Shown piece after piece: positions 18,959 to 30,174 of a DNA stretch of 64,000 nucleotides. The DNA comes from Candidatus Binatia bacterium (GTDB lineage Bacteria; Desulfobacterota; Binatia; UBA9968; JAJDTQ01), in the NCBI GenBank assembly GCA_963666515.2, contig OY762897.2, positions 2,848,001 through 2,912,000 on the forward strand, written 5' to 3'. The translations under genes were made by a program, and so were the position numbers. The notes beneath the pieces are model-generated. The model was not told the origin of the DNA and did no database searches. It saw only the letters and a program-made list of their open reading frames with translations. Every line of letters starts with the position of its first letter. Positions within the stretch are counted from its first letter, which is position 1.

Positions 18959-20633
18959 TCTTGCGGACGGGGAACCGCTCCATGAGGGCGGTTCCCACGT
19001 TCCGCGCCAGCGGCCAGTCCGGGCTTCGCAAAAGCCTTGCGGCCGCGGCGTAGAGAGCGACGCCGCCCGCCAGCAGCACCAGGAAGCCGAGTATCCGCAC
19101 CGGCAGGGTTCCGGCGTCCGGGCTCCACTGCATACGTCCCGCAACCAGGAACAGCGGACCCGCCATGACCGCGGCCGCGGTCAGATTGCGCCACAGTGAC
19201 GACAGGTACTCTCCCCACGCGAACCCGCGGAGACGGCGGGTCGCGAGCCACATGAGCGCCGCGAACTGGAAGGTCGCCGACAACGAGTTGGCCAGCGCCA
19301 GGCCGGCGTAGGACAGGCTCAGCGCGCCGATGCCCTGGCTCAGCGCCGCGACCGCCAGCACGAACGGGTTGGCGCTTTCCGCGGCATCCACCCGCCCCAT
19401 CAGCGCTAGGCTCAGGAACAGGTTGAGCACGAAGGTGCAGAATGCCACCCTCACCGGCGTTGTCGTGTCCTGCATGGCGTGAAACAGGGGAACGAGAACG
19501 CGGGTGGCGGAAACCGCCCACAGACCGAGGGCAAGGAACACCAGCGCTTGGGCGCTGGCCGACACGTCCGCGGCCGTGAACGCCCCGCGCTGGAACAGCA
19601 GGGAAATGGCCGGCGCGGCGATGACCATCAACCCCAGGGCGGCCGGGAGCGAGACGAAGTTCACCATGCGCAACGAGTAGCCCAGCGCCGTCTTCAAGCC
19701 GGACACGTCGTCACGCGCGGCCAGCGACGAGAAGCTCGGCAGCGCGGCCGTGCCCAGGGCAACGGCGAACACGCCGAGGGGGAACTGGAGCAGCCGGTCG
19801 GCGTAATAGAGGTAGGAAACGCTGCCCGGCTCCAGCAACGAAGCCAGGATGGTGCTGACCAGGACGTTCAACTGGTAGACCGCGGCGCCGATGACCGCGG
19901 GCCCCATGAGCCGCAGGAACCTGCGCAGCGCGGTGCTGCGGAAGTCCAGGCTCGGCCGCCACGAGAACCCGTGCCGGTGGAGGAACGGGAGCTGCAGCAG
20001 GAGCTGCGCCGCGCTGCCCAGCAGGACGCCGCAGGCGAGGCCCACCACCGGCCGGGACAGCAGCGGCGCCAGCAGGACCGCGGCCGCGATGATCGACAGG
20101 TTCAGCAGCACCGGCGCCGCGGCCGGGGCCATGAAGTGGCGGAAGGTATTGAGATATCCCATGGCCAGGGCCAGCAGGCTGACGAAGAAGATGCTCGGGA
20201 ACATGATCCGTACCAACTGCACGGTGAGCGAGAACTTCTCCGGCGCGGCGGCGAAGCCGGGCGCGAACAGGCGGGTCAGAGGCGCCGGGAACAGCAGGCC
20301 CGCGACGGTGAGCAGGCCCACGAACAGGACCGCGAAGGTCAGGATCGCGCGGCTCGCTCTGACGGCCTCCCGGCGGCCCCGGGTGGCCAGGGACACGGAA
20401 AGGACCGGCACGAAACCCGCGGAGAGGGCGCCCTCAGCAGTGAGGCGTCGCAACAGGTTGGGAATGCGGAAGGCGACGAAGAACGCGTCGGCGGCACTTT
20501 GCGCTCCCAGCAGATAGCCGATGACCATGTCCCGGGCGAGGCCCGTGACGCGGCTCAACAGGGTCATGGCGCCGACGACGCCCGTCGCCCTGGCGACCCT
20601 GCCGAACTCGCTGACCGTTGACTCTGAACGCAT
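18951..20633 (-). CDS. murJ: Lipid II flippase MurJ
   Basis: TLLSRVTGLARD, ADAFFVAFRIPNLLRRL.AEG, YYADRL.QFPLGVF. Confidence 0.95.
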   Translation of the reverse strand: MRSESTVSEFGRVARATGVVGAMTLLSRVTGLARDMVIGYLLGAQSAADAFFVAFRIPNLLRRLTAEGALSAGFVPVLSVSLATRGRREAVRASRAILTFAVLFVGLLTVAGLLFPAPLTRLFAPGFAAAPEKFSLTVQLVRIMFPSIFFVSLLALAMGYLNTFRHFMAPAAAPVLLNLSIIAAAVLLAPLLSRPVVGLACGVLLGSAAQLLLQLPFLHRHGFSWRPSLDFRSTALRRFLRLMGPAVIGAAVYQLNVLVSTILASLLEPGSVSYLYYADRLLQFPLGVFAVALGTAALPSFSSLAARDDVSGLKTALGYSLRMVNFVSLPAALGLMVIAAPAISLLFQRGAFTAADVSASAQALVFLALGLWAVSATRVLVPLFHAMQDTTTPVRVAFCTFVLNLFLSLALMGRVDAAESANPFVLAVAALSQGIGALSLSYAGLALANSLSATFQFAALMWLATRRLRGFAWGEYLSSLWRNLTAAAVMAGPLFLVAGRMQWSPDAGTLPVRILGFLVLLAGGVALYAAAARLLRSPDWPLARNVGTALMERFPVRKKA

Positions 20634-20670
20634 GCGGTGTTAGAACTCAGGACTTTCAGGAGGTTGAACT

Positions 20671-20994
20671 TTGGCGAACCACAGATCGGCCGTCAAGCGG
20701 CACCAGCAAAGCCTGCGGCGCCGGCGGCGTAACCAAGCGGTCCAGTCGAGCGTCAAGACCTTGATCAAGAAGGTCAGGGCGGCCATCGACAGCAAGGACC
20801 CGGAAGCCATCGCGGAGAAGATCCGGGAGGTCAACGGCTCCCTCGACAAGGCCGTGGTGAAGGGAGTCATCAAGCGCAACACCGCGTCGAGAAAGCTCTC
20901 CCGCCTGGCTCGCGCCGCGCATCAAACCCTCGCCCTGGAAGCCGCCAGGCAGGCGGAGGCCGCCGAACCAACGGCCCCGTCAACCGCAAGCTAG
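20671..20994 (+). CDS. rpsT: 30S ribosomal protein S20
   Basis: AGGAGG RBS and TTG start; ANHRSAVKR, LDKAVVKGVIKRNTASRK.SRL. Confidence 0.95.
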   Translation: MANHRSAVKRHQQSLRRRRRNQAVQSSVKTLIKKVRAAIDSKDPEAIAEKIREVNGSLDKAVVKGVIKRNTASRKLSRLARAAHQTLALEAARQAEAAEPTAPSTAS

Positions 20995-21016
20995 CCGGGC
21001 GCCCTCGCCCCGACCC

Positions 21017-21622
21017 TCAGAACCCCTCGGCCATCCGCTCCCGTATCGAACCGGCGAACCTTTCGAGCAGGCGCTTCCTCGCCGACTCGCGGGAGTCTTC
21101 CGCCAGTCTGGCGTCGGCCAGCCGGCTCACGTCCTCGAGGCTCAGGGCATCGTGGAGAAACCCCGCGGAACCGGGCACGACCGCCCCTCTCGCGGCGTCA
21201 TACACCTCCCGCAGACGCATGAGGCGGCGCTGCCACAGCACCTCGCCGGAACCCCTGCGCCGCAGGGTGGCCTCCACGTCGAGCCGGGCTTCCACCTGCA
21301 GCACCTCGTCGAACCGGTTGACCGAGACGCCCCGTAGCCCGTAGTGACGGATGACCCCCGAAAGGATCGCGTCCGCGTCCTCGAACCGCTCCGCCACCCG
21401 TGGCCGCCGCTGGCGCGCCAACTCCCGACGTAGCGCCAGAGCCAGGCCGTCCTCCAGGCCCACGTCGCGGGTCCGGTTGGTGAAGGGCTCCACGTAGACC
21501 GTGCGGACGTCGCCGGGCAGCCCCGCGTCCGGGTCCACGAACCGGTAGCCGCACGCCGACGCCAGCAGCGCCGCGCTCAGCACGGCCGCCGCCAGCCGGA
21601 CGCTTCCGCGGGTCAGCTTCAT
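21017..21622 (-). CDS. lptE: LPS assembly lipoprotein LptE
   Basis: Lipobox [26 protein letters not shown]; directly downstream of leuS with ATGA overlap. Confidence 0.8.
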   Translation of the reverse strand: MKLTRGSVRLAAAVLSAALLASACGYRFVDPDAGLPGDVRTVYVEPFTNRTRDVGLEDGLALALRRELARQRRPRVAERFEDADAILSGVIRHYGLRGVSVNRFDEVLQVEARLDVEATLRRRGSGEVLWQRRLMRLREVYDAARGAVVPGSAGFLHDALSLEDVSRLADARLAEDSRESARKRLLERFAGSIRERMAEGF

Positions 21623-24105
21623 TCGATCACGATGTTGACCAGCCGGCCGGGGACCTGCACGACCCGCCGGACGTCGCGGCCGTCGATGAAGGCCGCCACC
21701 CGCGCGTCGGCCAGGGCCGCGGTCTCGATGCGTTCCGCGTCGGCGTCCGCGGGAACGGATATCTTTCCGCGCAGCTTGCCGTTGACCTGCACGACGATGA
21801 GGCGGCTTTCCTCCACCAGCGCGGCCTCGGAGTACTCGGGCCAGCCGACGTCCGCCAGGGCTTCGGTGTGTCCCAGGCGCTGCCACAACTCGCTGGCGAT
21901 ATGCGGCACGAACGGCGCCAGCAGGACGATCTCGGTCTCCAGCGCGGCCTTCGCCAGCGCGGCTCCGTCCTCCTGCCGGAGGTCTTCGGGGCTCATCGAA
22001 CCGAGGGTGTTGTGCAGCTCCATGATGGCGGCGATGGCGGTGTTGAAGTGGAACCGCTGTTCGATGTCGTCGGTGACCTTCTTGATGGTCCAGTGGAGCC
22101 GGCGGCGCAGCTCCTTGAGGGCGCCGGAGGACGGGATGCGGCCGGAGTCCGCGGCCACCTCCGCCAACCGCTCGCGGTGGCGCATGGCGAAGCGCCACAC
22201 CCGGTTCAGGAACCGGTGGGCTCCCTCCACCCCCTGGTCGCTCCAATCCAGGTCCTTCTCCGGCGGGGCCGCGAACAGCGTGAACAGACGCGCCGTGTCC
22301 GCGCCGTAGCGGCGGATGAGGTCGTCCGGGTCCACGACGTTCATCTTGGACTTGGACATCTTGGCCCCGTCCTTGATGACCATGCCCTGGGTCAGGAGGT
22401 TGGTGAACGGCTCCGCCACCGACAGCCAGCCCATGTCGCGCAGAACGCGGGTGTAGAAGCGGGCGTACAGCAGGTGCAGCACCGCGTGCTCGACGCCGCC
22501 CACGTACTGGTCCACGGCCATCCAGTAGTCGGTGCGCTTGCGGTCGAGGGGCTGGCGGTCCTCGTCCGGGCAGGCGTAGCGCGCGAAGTACCACGACGAC
22601 TCCACGAACGTGTCCATGGTGTCGGTCTCCCGGCGCGCCGGGCCCCGGCAGGTGGGGCATTCGGTCTCGTAGAACTCGGGAAGGTTGGCCAGCGGCGAGC
22701 CGCCCGCGCCCGTGAACTCGACGTTGGTGGGGAGCCGCACCGGCAACTCGTCCACCGGAACCGGCACCATGCCGCAGCGGTCGCAGTAGACCACCGGGAT
22801 GGGTGCGCCCCAGTAGCGCTGGCGGGAGATGCCCCAGTCCCGCAGCCGGTACCGGACCGTTCCCTTGCCCCAGTCCCGCTCCTCGAGGAACGCGGCGATG
22901 CGGCTGCGGCCTTCCTCGCTGCTCAGGCCGCTGAAGTCGCCGCTGTCGGCCATCACGCCGTCGGCGACGTACGCTTCGGTCATGTCCTCCGCGGCCAGGG
23001 TGGCCCCGCGCGGGTGGATCACCGGACGCACCGGAAGGCCGTACTTCCTGGCGAACTCGAAATCCCTCTGGTCGTGGGCCGGCACCGCCATGACCGCGCC
23101 GGTGCCGTATTCCATGAGGACGAAGTTGGCCAGGTAGATGGGGATATTCTCCCCAGTGAACGGGTTGAGGCAGAACGAGCCGGTGAAGATGCCCTCCTTC
23201 TCGGTCTCGACGTCGCCGCGCCGGGAGTGACTGATCCGCTTCACCCGCTGGGCGAACTCCCGAACCGCGCCGTGCTGCGGCGTGCCTTCCGAAAGCTCCA
23301 GCGCCAGCGGATGCTCCGCGGCCAGGGAAACGAAGGTCGCGCCGTAGACGGTGTCCTGGCGGGTCGTGAAGACGGCGAGGTCGCCCTCCCGGCCCACCAG
23401 CGGGAAGCGTATCTCGGCGCCGATGGACTTGCCGATCCAGTTGCGCTGCATGGTGAGCACCTTGTCGGGCCATCCATGCAGGTCGTCGCAGCCCGCCAGC
23501 AGGTCCTCGGCGTAGGCGGTGATGCGGAAGAACCATTGCGGCAGCTCGCGCATCAACACTTCCTGCTCGCAGCGCCAGCAGCGGCCGTCCACCACCTGCT
23601 CGTTGGCGAGGACGGTCTCGCAACCGGTGCACCAGTTGACCGCCGAGTTCCGCTTGTAGGCCAGGCCGCGCTTCAGCATCTCCAGGAAGAACACCTGCTC
23701 CCAGCGGTAGTAGCTCGCGTCGGAAGTGGCCAGCTCGCGCGCCCAGTCGTAGCTGAAGCCCATCTGCTTGAGCTGCGCGCGCATGTAGTCGATGTTCTCC
23801 ACGGTCCAGCGGGCGGGGTGGACCTTGTTGGCGATGGCGGCGTTCTCCGCCGGCAGGCCGAAGGCGTCCCAGCCCATGGGATGGAGCACGTTGAACCCGC
23901 GCATGCGCTTGTAGCGCGCGATCACGTCTCCGATGGAGTAGTTGCGCACGTGCCCCATGTGGATCCGGCCCGAGGGATAGGGGAACATCTCCAGCAGGTA
24001 GTACTTGGGCAGGTCCGACGCCTCGTCCACCCGGAAGCTCTCGAGCCGCTCCCACTCCCCCTGCCAGCGCTCCTCGATATTCCAGAACTCGTACTTCTCG
24101 GTCAT
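21619..24105 (-). CDS. leuS: Leucine--tRNA ligase
   Basis: [51 protein letters not shown]. Confidence 0.98.
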   Translation of the reverse strand: MTEKYEFWNIEERWQGEWERLESFRVDEASDLPKYYLLEMFPYPSGRIHMGHVRNYSIGDVIARYKRMRGFNVLHPMGWDAFGLPAENAAIANKVHPARWTVENIDYMRAQLKQMGFSYDWARELATSDASYYRWEQVFFLEMLKRGLAYKRNSAVNWCTGCETVLANEQVVDGRCWRCEQEVLMRELPQWFFRITAYAEDLLAGCDDLHGWPDKVLTMQRNWIGKSIGAEIRFPLVGREGDLAVFTTRQDTVYGATFVSLAAEHPLALELSEGTPQHGAVREFAQRVKRISHSRRGDVETEKEGIFTGSFCLNPFTGENIPIYLANFVLMEYGTGAVMAVPAHDQRDFEFARKYGLPVRPVIHPRGATLAAEDMTEAYVADGVMADSGDFSGLSSEEGRSRIAAFLEERDWGKGTVRYRLRDWGISRQRYWGAPIPVVYCDRCGMVPVPVDELPVRLPTNVEFTGAGGSPLANLPEFYETECPTCRGPARRETDTMDTFVESSWYFARYACPDEDRQPLDRKRTDYWMAVDQYVGGVEHAVLHLLYARFYTRVLRDMGWLSVAEPFTNLLTQGMVIKDGAKMSKSKMNVVDPDDLIRRYGADTARLFTLFAAPPEKDLDWSDQGVEGAHRFLNRVWRFAMRHRERLAEVAADSGRIPSSGALKELRRRLHWTIKKVTDDIEQRFHFNTAIAAIMELHNTLGSMSPEDLRQEDGAALAKAALETEIVLLAPFVPHIASELWQRLGHTEALADVGWPEYSEAALVEESRLIVVQVNGKLRGKISVPADADAERIETAALADARVAAFIDGRDVRRVVQVPGRLVNIVIE

Positions 24106-24530
24106 GGCTCCGGCCGCTCGCTCTCCTTGAGTCCATGCGCCACGTGGTCGAGCACTCCGTTGATGAACGCGGAGGAATCGTCCGACCCGTAGCGGTCGCC
24201 GATCTCGATGGCTTCGTCGATGCTGACGTTCAACGGAACGTCCGGGCAAAAGAGCAGCTCGTAGGTGGCGAGCCGAAGGATCACCAGGTCCACCTTCGAC
24301 ATGCGCCCGAGCTTCCAGTTCTCGACCGCCTCCTCGAGGAGCCCGTCGATTTCCGCGCGGTGCTCCACCGCGCCGGCCACCAGGCGCTGGGCGTAGTCCC
24401 GCGCCCCGGCACACGACGGGAAATGACCCCAGAAGCTTTCCGGCCCGGTGGGCGAAGGGTCTCCGGTGATCTCCATCTGATAGAGCACCTGCAGCGCCAG
24501 CTCTCTAGCCTTGCGGCGAGTACCAGCCAC
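24102..24530 (-). CDS. nusB: Transcription antitermination factor NusB
   Basis: [35 protein letters not shown]. Confidence 0.95.
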   Translation of the reverse strand: MAGTRRKARELALQVLYQMEITGDPSPTGPESFWGHFPSCAGARDYAQRLVAGAVEHRAEIDGLLEEAVENWKLGRMSKVDLVILRLATYELLFCPDVPLNVSIDEAIEIGDRYGSDDSSAFINGVLDHVAHGLKESERPEP

Positions 24531-24534
24531 GGGG

Positions 24535-25002
24535 TCAGGAAAGCTCTTTGTTCAGGCTCGCCATCTCGATGGCGGTGACCGCGGCCTCGGATCCCTTGTT
24601 GCCCATCTTCACGCCGGCGCGGTCCACCGCCTGCTCCACCGTGTTGGTGCTCAGCAGGCCGAAGCCGATGGGGACGCCGTGCTGGTTCATGGCGCTGCCC
24701 ACGCCGCGCGCGGCTTCGGCGCAGATGAGGTCGAAGTGGGGCGTCTCCCCGCGGATGACCGCACCCACGCAGATCAGCGCGTCGTACTTGCCGCTCCCGG
24801 CCATCCTGTGAGCGCAGAAGGAGATCTCGAAGGCGCCGGGGACCCACACCACGTCCACGTTCCCGTCCGTGTCCGCGCCGTGCCGCTTGAGGGCGCTCAC
24901 CGCGCCGTCGAGAAGCCGCTCGGTAATGAAGCCGTTGAACCGGCTGGCGATGATGCCGAACCGCATTCCCGTGGCGTCCAGTTTTCCTTCGATCACTCGC
25001 AT
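24535..25002 (-). CDS. ribH: 6,7-dimethyl-8-ribityllumazine synthase
   Basis: SRFN, VPGAFEI, VIRGETPHFD, NKG.EAA..AIEM. Confidence 0.96.
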   Translation of the reverse strand: MRVIEGKLDATGMRFGIIASRFNGFITERLLDGAVSALKRHGADTDGNVDVVWVPGAFEISFCAHRMAGSGKYDALICVGAVIRGETPHFDLICAEAARGVGSAMNQHGVPIGFGLLSTNTVEQAVDRAGVKMGNKGSEAAVTAIEMASLNKELS

Positions 25003-25013
25003 GGCCGGCACCT

Positions 25014-26237
25014 TCAGCGGGCTGGCTCGTCCTCGACGTTGGTCAGGAGATGCCCAAGTTTGTCGCGCTTCGTCTGCAGGTAGCCGGCGTTGCCGCCGGT
25101 AGGGGTGATCTCCAGAGGAATCCTCCGGCTCACCGACAGGCCGTAACCCTCCAGGCTGACGATCTTGCGCGGATTGTTGGTCAACAGGCTGAGCCGCCGG
25201 ATGCCGAGATGGCGCAGTATCTCGGCCGCTACCCCGTAGTCCCTCAGGTCCACGTCGAACCCCAGTTCCAGGTTCGCCTCCACCGTGTCGCGCCCCTGGT
25301 CCTGCAGCGCGTACGCCTTGATCTTGTTGGTCAGGCCGATGCCGCGGCCCTCCTGGTGCATGTACACGATGACGCCGCGCTCTTGCTGGTCGATGATGCG
25401 GATGGCCGCCCGCAACTGGTCGCCGCAGTCACACCGTTCCGACGAGAACACGTCCCCGGTCAGGCACTCCGAATGCACCCGCACCACCACGTCGTCCCGG
25501 CCGCTCACGTCGCCCTTCACGAGGGCCATGTGCTCGAACGGGTCGAGGTTGGTCCGGTAGAGGATCGCCTTGAACGACTTGCCGTGGATGCTCGGGAAGT
25601 CCTCCTCCCAGACCTTCCGTATCGTCGCTTCGTTGCGCAGGCGGTGGGCGATGATATCCACGATGGACACCATCTTGAGGCCGTGCTCGCCGGCGAAGGC
25701 CCTGAGGCCGTCTCCCGTTGCGATGGAGCCGTCATCGCTCAGCACCTGGCAGATGACCGCGACCGCGGGCAATCCGCTGAGCGCCGCGAGATCCACCGCG
25801 GCCTCGGGCGCGCCGGCTTTGACCAGCACGCCTCCCTGTCCCGCCTGCACCGGCAGGACGTTGCCCGGGGTCACGAAGTCGCGCGGCTCCGCGTCCTCCC
25901 GGGCCGCCGTCCGCATGGTGTGGGCCCGGCCCGCGGCCGAAACCTCCAGTCCCAAGGCGGAGTTGGCGCCGACCGGGACTCCCACCGGAGCCTGCCCCGG
26001 AAGGAAATTCGCCCCGGACTCCACGTGGAAACCGAGCTGCTGCATGCGCGCAGCTTCCAGCGCGAGATACGGAACGCCCCCGGCATGGCGCAGCATGAAG
26101 TTGACCTGCTCCGGCGTCGCCTTCTCCGCCGGCATGCAGACATGGCCCGCTCCGTCGTCGCCCGCGTCTTCCAGGAGCAGGACCGGGCGACCCTGGAGGA
26201 ACTCTTCGCGAATGGTATCGATGGGAGTCGGTGGCAT
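25014..26237 (-). CDS. ribA: RibBA-type fusion: GTP cyclohydrolase II with a degenerate DHBP synthase domain
   Basis: C-half has RVHSECLTGD..RCDC, QEGRGIGL, YALQD, TNNPRK. N-half has the RibB layout but lacks RENEGD and GHTE. Confidence 0.9.
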   Translation of the reverse strand: MPPTPIDTIREEFLQGRPVLLLEDAGDDGAGHVCMPAEKATPEQVNFMLRHAGGVPYLALEAARMQQLGFHVESGANFLPGQAPVGVPVGANSALGLEVSAAGRAHTMRTAAREDAEPRDFVTPGNVLPVQAGQGGVLVKAGAPEAAVDLAALSGLPAVAVICQVLSDDGSIATGDGLRAFAGEHGLKMVSIVDIIAHRLRNEATIRKVWEEDFPSIHGKSFKAILYRTNLDPFEHMALVKGDVSGRDDVVVRVHSECLTGDVFSSERCDCGDQLRAAIRIIDQQERGVIVYMHQEGRGIGLTNKIKAYALQDQGRDTVEANLELGFDVDLRDYGVAAEILRHLGIRRLSLLTNNPRKIVSLEGYGLSVSRRIPLEITPTGGNAGYLQTKRDKLGHLLTNVEDEPAR

Positions 26238-26263
26238 AGCGCGTGTCCAGCGTCCTGTCCACG

Positions 26264-26890
26264 TCACCGGGACTTCGGCGTGCGCGTGATATAGGGCTTC
26301 AGATAGGGCTTCACGAACCGGAGGATGTACTTTCCGATGATGTCCGCTTCAAGGTTGACTCTATCACCAACCCCACGGGTCTGCAAATTCGTGTGCGCCA
26401 GCGTGAACGGTATGATGGCCACCGAGAAGGAGCGCGAGGTGCATTCGTTGACGGTCAGGCTGATGCCGTCCACCGCGATGGAGCCCTTTGGGACCAGGAG
26501 CCCGCCCACGGGCGCGGGCGCGCGAAAACGGAAGACGGTGAAGTCGCCACTTTTGTGGATGCGCGTGATCTGTCCCACGGCATCGACGTGGCCGGTGACC
26601 ATGTGGCCGCCCAGCCGGTCGCTCACCCTGAGGGGCCGCTCCAGGTTGACGCCGTCGCCTTCGCGCAGGTGCTCGAAGTTGGTGCGCCGCAGGGTCTCGG
26701 GCGAAACGTCCACGGTGAGCCGCCGGCCGGCCTTCCTGACCACCGTCAGGCAGCAGCCGTTCACCGCGATGCTGTCACCCAGCGAGATCTCCCGCGCCGG
26801 CAGCGCGGTCTCGAAAACCAGCTCCCCTCCCTCCGCGCCGGTGCGCCAGCGACGCACACGGCCGATGTCTTCGATGAGTCCGGTAAACAT
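26264..26890 (-). CDS. ribE: Riboflavin synthase
   Basis: MFTGLIE, SIAVNGCCLTV, GGHMVTGHVD, KGSIAVDGISLTVN. Confidence 0.96.
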   Translation of the reverse strand: MFTGLIEDIGRVRRWRTGAEGGELVFETALPAREISLGDSIAVNGCCLTVVRKAGRRLTVDVSPETLRRTNFEHLREGDGVNLERPLRVSDRLGGHMVTGHVDAVGQITRIHKSGDFTVFRFRAPAPVGGLLVPKGSIAVDGISLTVNECTSRSFSVAIIPFTLAHTNLQTRGVGDRVNLEADIIGKYILRFVKPYLKPYITRTPKSR

Positions 26891-26916
26891 GGGATGGTTC
26901 CTCGACGCAGTGAGGA

Positions 26917-28011
26917 TCACAGATAGGCGGACACCAGGATGTCCTCTCCCATTCGCGTGACCGCCGGCGGTCCCGAGAGGCGCGGGCACTGGCGCATCCG
27001 CGTCAGGCCGAGGTCCCCCACCATGGGCAGTCCCTCGGCGCCGATGAGCTTCGGCGCGTAGAAGCACAGCACCTTGTCCACCGCCTTCTCGGCGACGGCG
27101 CGGCCCGCGGTGACCGCGCCCCCCTCGACCATCACGCTCATCACGCCCGCGCGAGCCAGCTTTCGGAGCACGCGTTTGAGGGAGATGCGGCCGCGGCTCA
27201 CCGGAAAGGTCCAGACCTGGACGCCCAGGTCTTCCAGCCGCTTCCGGCGGGCCGTCGAAACGCCGCTGCCGGCGACCAGCACGGTCTTCTCCGGCTGCGG
27301 ACCGCGGACCAGCTTGGCGGTGACCGGGGTCCGCAGCCTGCGGTCCAGCACCACCCGCCAGGGGTCCCGTCCTCCCGGGATCCGGCAGGTGAGTTGCGGG
27401 TCGTCCGCCAGTACCGTTCCAGAGCCCACCAGCACGGCATCCACCTCGTTGCGCAGCCGGTGGACGTATTTCCGCGCGGTCGGCCCGGTCACCCACCGGG
27501 AATCTCCGGTGGCGGTGGCGATCCTGCCGTCCAGCGATGCCGCCAGCTTGAGGATGACGAACGGAAGCCCCTGCGTGACGTGCTTGACGAAGGCCTCATT
27601 CAGCCGGCGGCAGGCCTCCTCCCGTACCGGCGCCTCGACCCGGATGCCGGCGTCCCGGAGGGCGCTCAGGCCGCGGCCCGACACCGCGGGATTGGGGTCC
27701 ACCATGCCCGCCACCACCCGTGCCACGCCCGCCTCGATGACAGCTCGGAGGCACGGCGGCGTGCGGCCGAAGTGGCTGCAGGGTTCCAGGTTGACGTAGA
27801 GCGTGGCGCCGCGGGCCGCTCCGCCCGCCTGGCGGAGCGCCACGACTTCCGCGTGGTCGGCTCCGGCCCGGACATGGTGACCGCGTCCCACGATCCGGCC
27901 GCCTTGCACCACCAGGGCACCCACCATCGGGTTCGGGCTGGTGCGGCCGGCGGCCCTGCGCGCCAGCCTGAGGGCCGCGGTCATGTAACGCTCATCCGTT
28001 TCCTGGGGCAT
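26917..28011 (-). CDS. ribD: Bifunctional deaminase/reductase RibD
   Basis: SPNPMVG, HAEV, LEPCSHFGRTPPC, SLDGRIA, DDPQLTCR, VEGG. Confidence 0.96.
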   Translation of the reverse strand: MPQETDERYMTAALRLARRAAGRTSPNPMVGALVVQGGRIVGRGHHVRAGADHAEVVALRQAGGAARGATLYVNLEPCSHFGRTPPCLRAVIEAGVARVVAGMVDPNPAVSGRGLSALRDAGIRVEAPVREEACRRLNEAFVKHVTQGLPFVILKLAASLDGRIATATGDSRWVTGPTARKYVHRLRNEVDAVLVGSGTVLADDPQLTCRIPGGRDPWRVVLDRRLRTPVTAKLVRGPQPEKTVLVAGSGVSTARRKRLEDLGVQVWTFPVSRGRISLKRVLRKLARAGVMSVMVEGGAVTAGRAVAEKAVDKVLCFYAPKLIGAEGLPMVGDLGLTRMRQCPRLSGPPAVTRMGEDILVSAYL

Positions 28012-28040
28012 GGCGCGTCGCGGGAGGACGGTCTGCGGGA

Positions 28041-28580
28041 TCAGGCGCCGCCGGCGGGCAAGCGCTTCCGGCGCGTCTTGCGGGGACTGCCCGAGTTGCG
28101 GGGACGTTCGGCCGCGGTCCGGTGCTTGCGCTCGTTGAGCAGATCCTCCAGTTCCACCATGAACTCGTCGATGTCCTTGAAGGAACGATAGACCGAGGCG
28201 AAGCGCACATAGGCCACCGGGTCGGTATCGTGAAGCTCGCGCATCGCCGCCTCGCCGATGATCGAGCCCGCGATCTCCTTCTCTCCCCTCTCCTGGATGC
28301 CCCGCTCGATGCGGTCGGCGATGGCCTCGATGGCGTCCATGCTGACGGGGCGTTTCTGGCAGGCGCGCTTGAGGCCGTTGGTGATCTTGAGCCGGTCGAA
28401 GGCCTCCCGGCGTCCGTCCTTCTTCACCACCATGGGCATGGCTTCCTCCACGCGCTCGTAGGTGGTGAAGCGGCGCGAGCACGCGATGCATTCCCGCCTC
28501 CGCCGGATCATCTCCTCGTCCTTGCCGAGACGGGAATCGATGACGTGGTTATTGGACTGCCGGCAAAACGGGCATTTCAT
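28041..28580 (-). CDS. nrdR: Transcriptional repressor NrdR
   Basis: [25 protein letters not shown] cone, [10 protein letters not shown]. Confidence 0.97.
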   Translation of the reverse strand: MKCPFCRQSNNHVIDSRLGKDEEMIRRRRECIACSRRFTTYERVEEAMPMVVKKDGRREAFDRLKITNGLKRACQKRPVSMDAIEAIADRIERGIQERGEKEIAGSIIGEAAMRELHDTDPVAYVRFASVYRSFKDIDEFMVELEDLLNERKHRTAAERPRNSGSPRKTRRKRLPAGGA

Positions 28581-28628
28581 GGCATGCCTGAGGGTTCCGG
28601 GAGTCGACGGCCCGGCAGCGCCCGGCGG

Positions 28629-29899
28629 TCAGGGCGAAGCAGCCGGCGCAGCGGCGTCTTTCCGGTACACGGGAAAGCGTTCGCACAGCGTCCGAACCTC
28701 GGCGGCGATGGCGGCCAGGCCGTCGTCGTCCCCGACATGCGCGAGGCCCCGCTCGATCAACCCGGCGACCACCTCCATCTCCGGCTCTTTCATGCCGCGG
28801 GTGGTGACGGCCGGAGTGCCGATGCGGACCCCGCTGGTGACGAACGGCGAGCGGGTCTCGAACGGCACGGTGTTGCGGTTGGCGGTGATCCCCGCCCGTT
28901 CCAGGGTCTCCTGGGCCAGCTTCCCGGTCAGCTCGGAGTCCCGCAAGTCCATGAGCATGAGGTGGTTGTCGGTGCCGCCCGACACCAGCCGGAACCCTCG
29001 TTCCGCCAACCCCCCGGCCAGGGCCTTGGCGTTGGCGACGATCTGCCGTTGATAGCTCGCGAACTCCGGCGTCAGCGCTTCCTTCAAGGCCACCGCCTTG
29101 GCGGCGATGACGTGCATGAGCGGACCTCCCTGCATGCCCGGAAAGACCCGGCTGTTGAGGGTCTTGGCGTGCTCTTCGCGGCAGAGGATCATTCCGCCGC
29201 GGGGCCCGCGCAACGTCTTGTGCGTCGTCGTGGTGACGTAGTCCGCGTAGGGGACCGGGCTCGGGTGGCAGCCGGCGGCCACCAGCCCGGCGATGTGGGC
29301 CATGTCCACCATCAGCAGCGCGCCCACCTCGTCGGCGATGGCGCGGAACCGCCCGTAGTCCACGGTGCCGGGTAGGCGCTGGCGCCCGCCACGATGAGCC
29401 GCGGGCGATGCTCGCGGGCCAGCTCGGCCAGGGCGTCGTAGTCGATGGTCTCCGTTTCCGCGGACACGCCGTAAGGCACCACGTTGTAGAGCCGCCCGGA
29501 GAAGTTCACCGGACTTCCCATGGACAGGTGGCCGCCGTGGGAGAGGTCCATCCCCAGGTAGGTGTCGCCGGGGTTCAGGACGGCGAAGTAGACCGCCATG
29601 TTGGCCTGGGTCCCGGAGTGCGGCTGGACGTTCACGTGCTCGGCCCCGAAGAGCTCCCTGGCCCGCTCCACGGCCAGACGCTCGACCACGTCCACGTACT
29701 CGCACCCGCCGTAGTAGCGCCGGCCCGGATAGCCTTCCGCGTACTTGTTGGTCATGAGGCAGCCCTGGGCTTCGAGAACCGCCTCGCTCACCACGTTCTC
29801 GGAGGCGATCAGCTCCAGGTTGCACTCCAGGCGCTCGCTCTCCTGATGGATCGCCTCGAAGACTTCCGGATCGACGTGCTCAAGGCTGGCGTGGATCAT
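28629..29899 (-). pseudogene. glyA: Serine hydroxymethyltransferase with a single -1 frameshift at about 29370 (pseudogene or sequence error)
   Basis: N-half in ORF 29312..29899 ([27 protein letters not shown]). C-half in ORF 28629..29825 ([21 protein letters not shown]). One base is missing at TAC CCG GC ACC. Confidence 0.9.
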
Positions 29900-30132
29900 C
29901 GGTGACTTTCGATGTACTCGATGACGTCCTGCACCGTCTTGATCTTTTCGGCGTCTTCGTCGGAGATCTCCATCTCGTATTCTTCCTCCAACGCCATGAC
30001 CAGCTCGACGATGTCCAGCGAATCGGCTCCCAGGTCCTCGATGAACGAAGCTTCGGGGCTCACTTCACCGTCGCTCACTCCGAGTTGCTCGCATATGATT
30101 TCCTTGACCCTCGCCTCGACGTCCGTTGCCAT
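29896..30132 (-). CDS. acpP: Acyl carrier protein
   Basis: [19 protein letters not shown]; AGGAGG RBS. Confidence 0.97.
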   Translation of the reverse strand: MATDVEARVKEIICEQLGVSDGEVSPEASFIEDLGADSLDIVELVMALEEEYEMEISDEDAEKIKTVQDVIEYIESHR

Positions 30133-30174
30133 ACCGTACCTCCTGTCTCTTCTCACCCGTCGCCGCCGGCGGCG

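Noticed and set aside
21017-24136. 1039-aa ORF ending in LptE
   Set aside because: The upstream part is an off-frame overlap of leuS; LptE starts at 21622.
26288-26312. 12-bp tandem repeat at the ribE 3' end (KPYLKPYI)
   Set aside because: Trivial in-frame micro-duplication in a variable tail.
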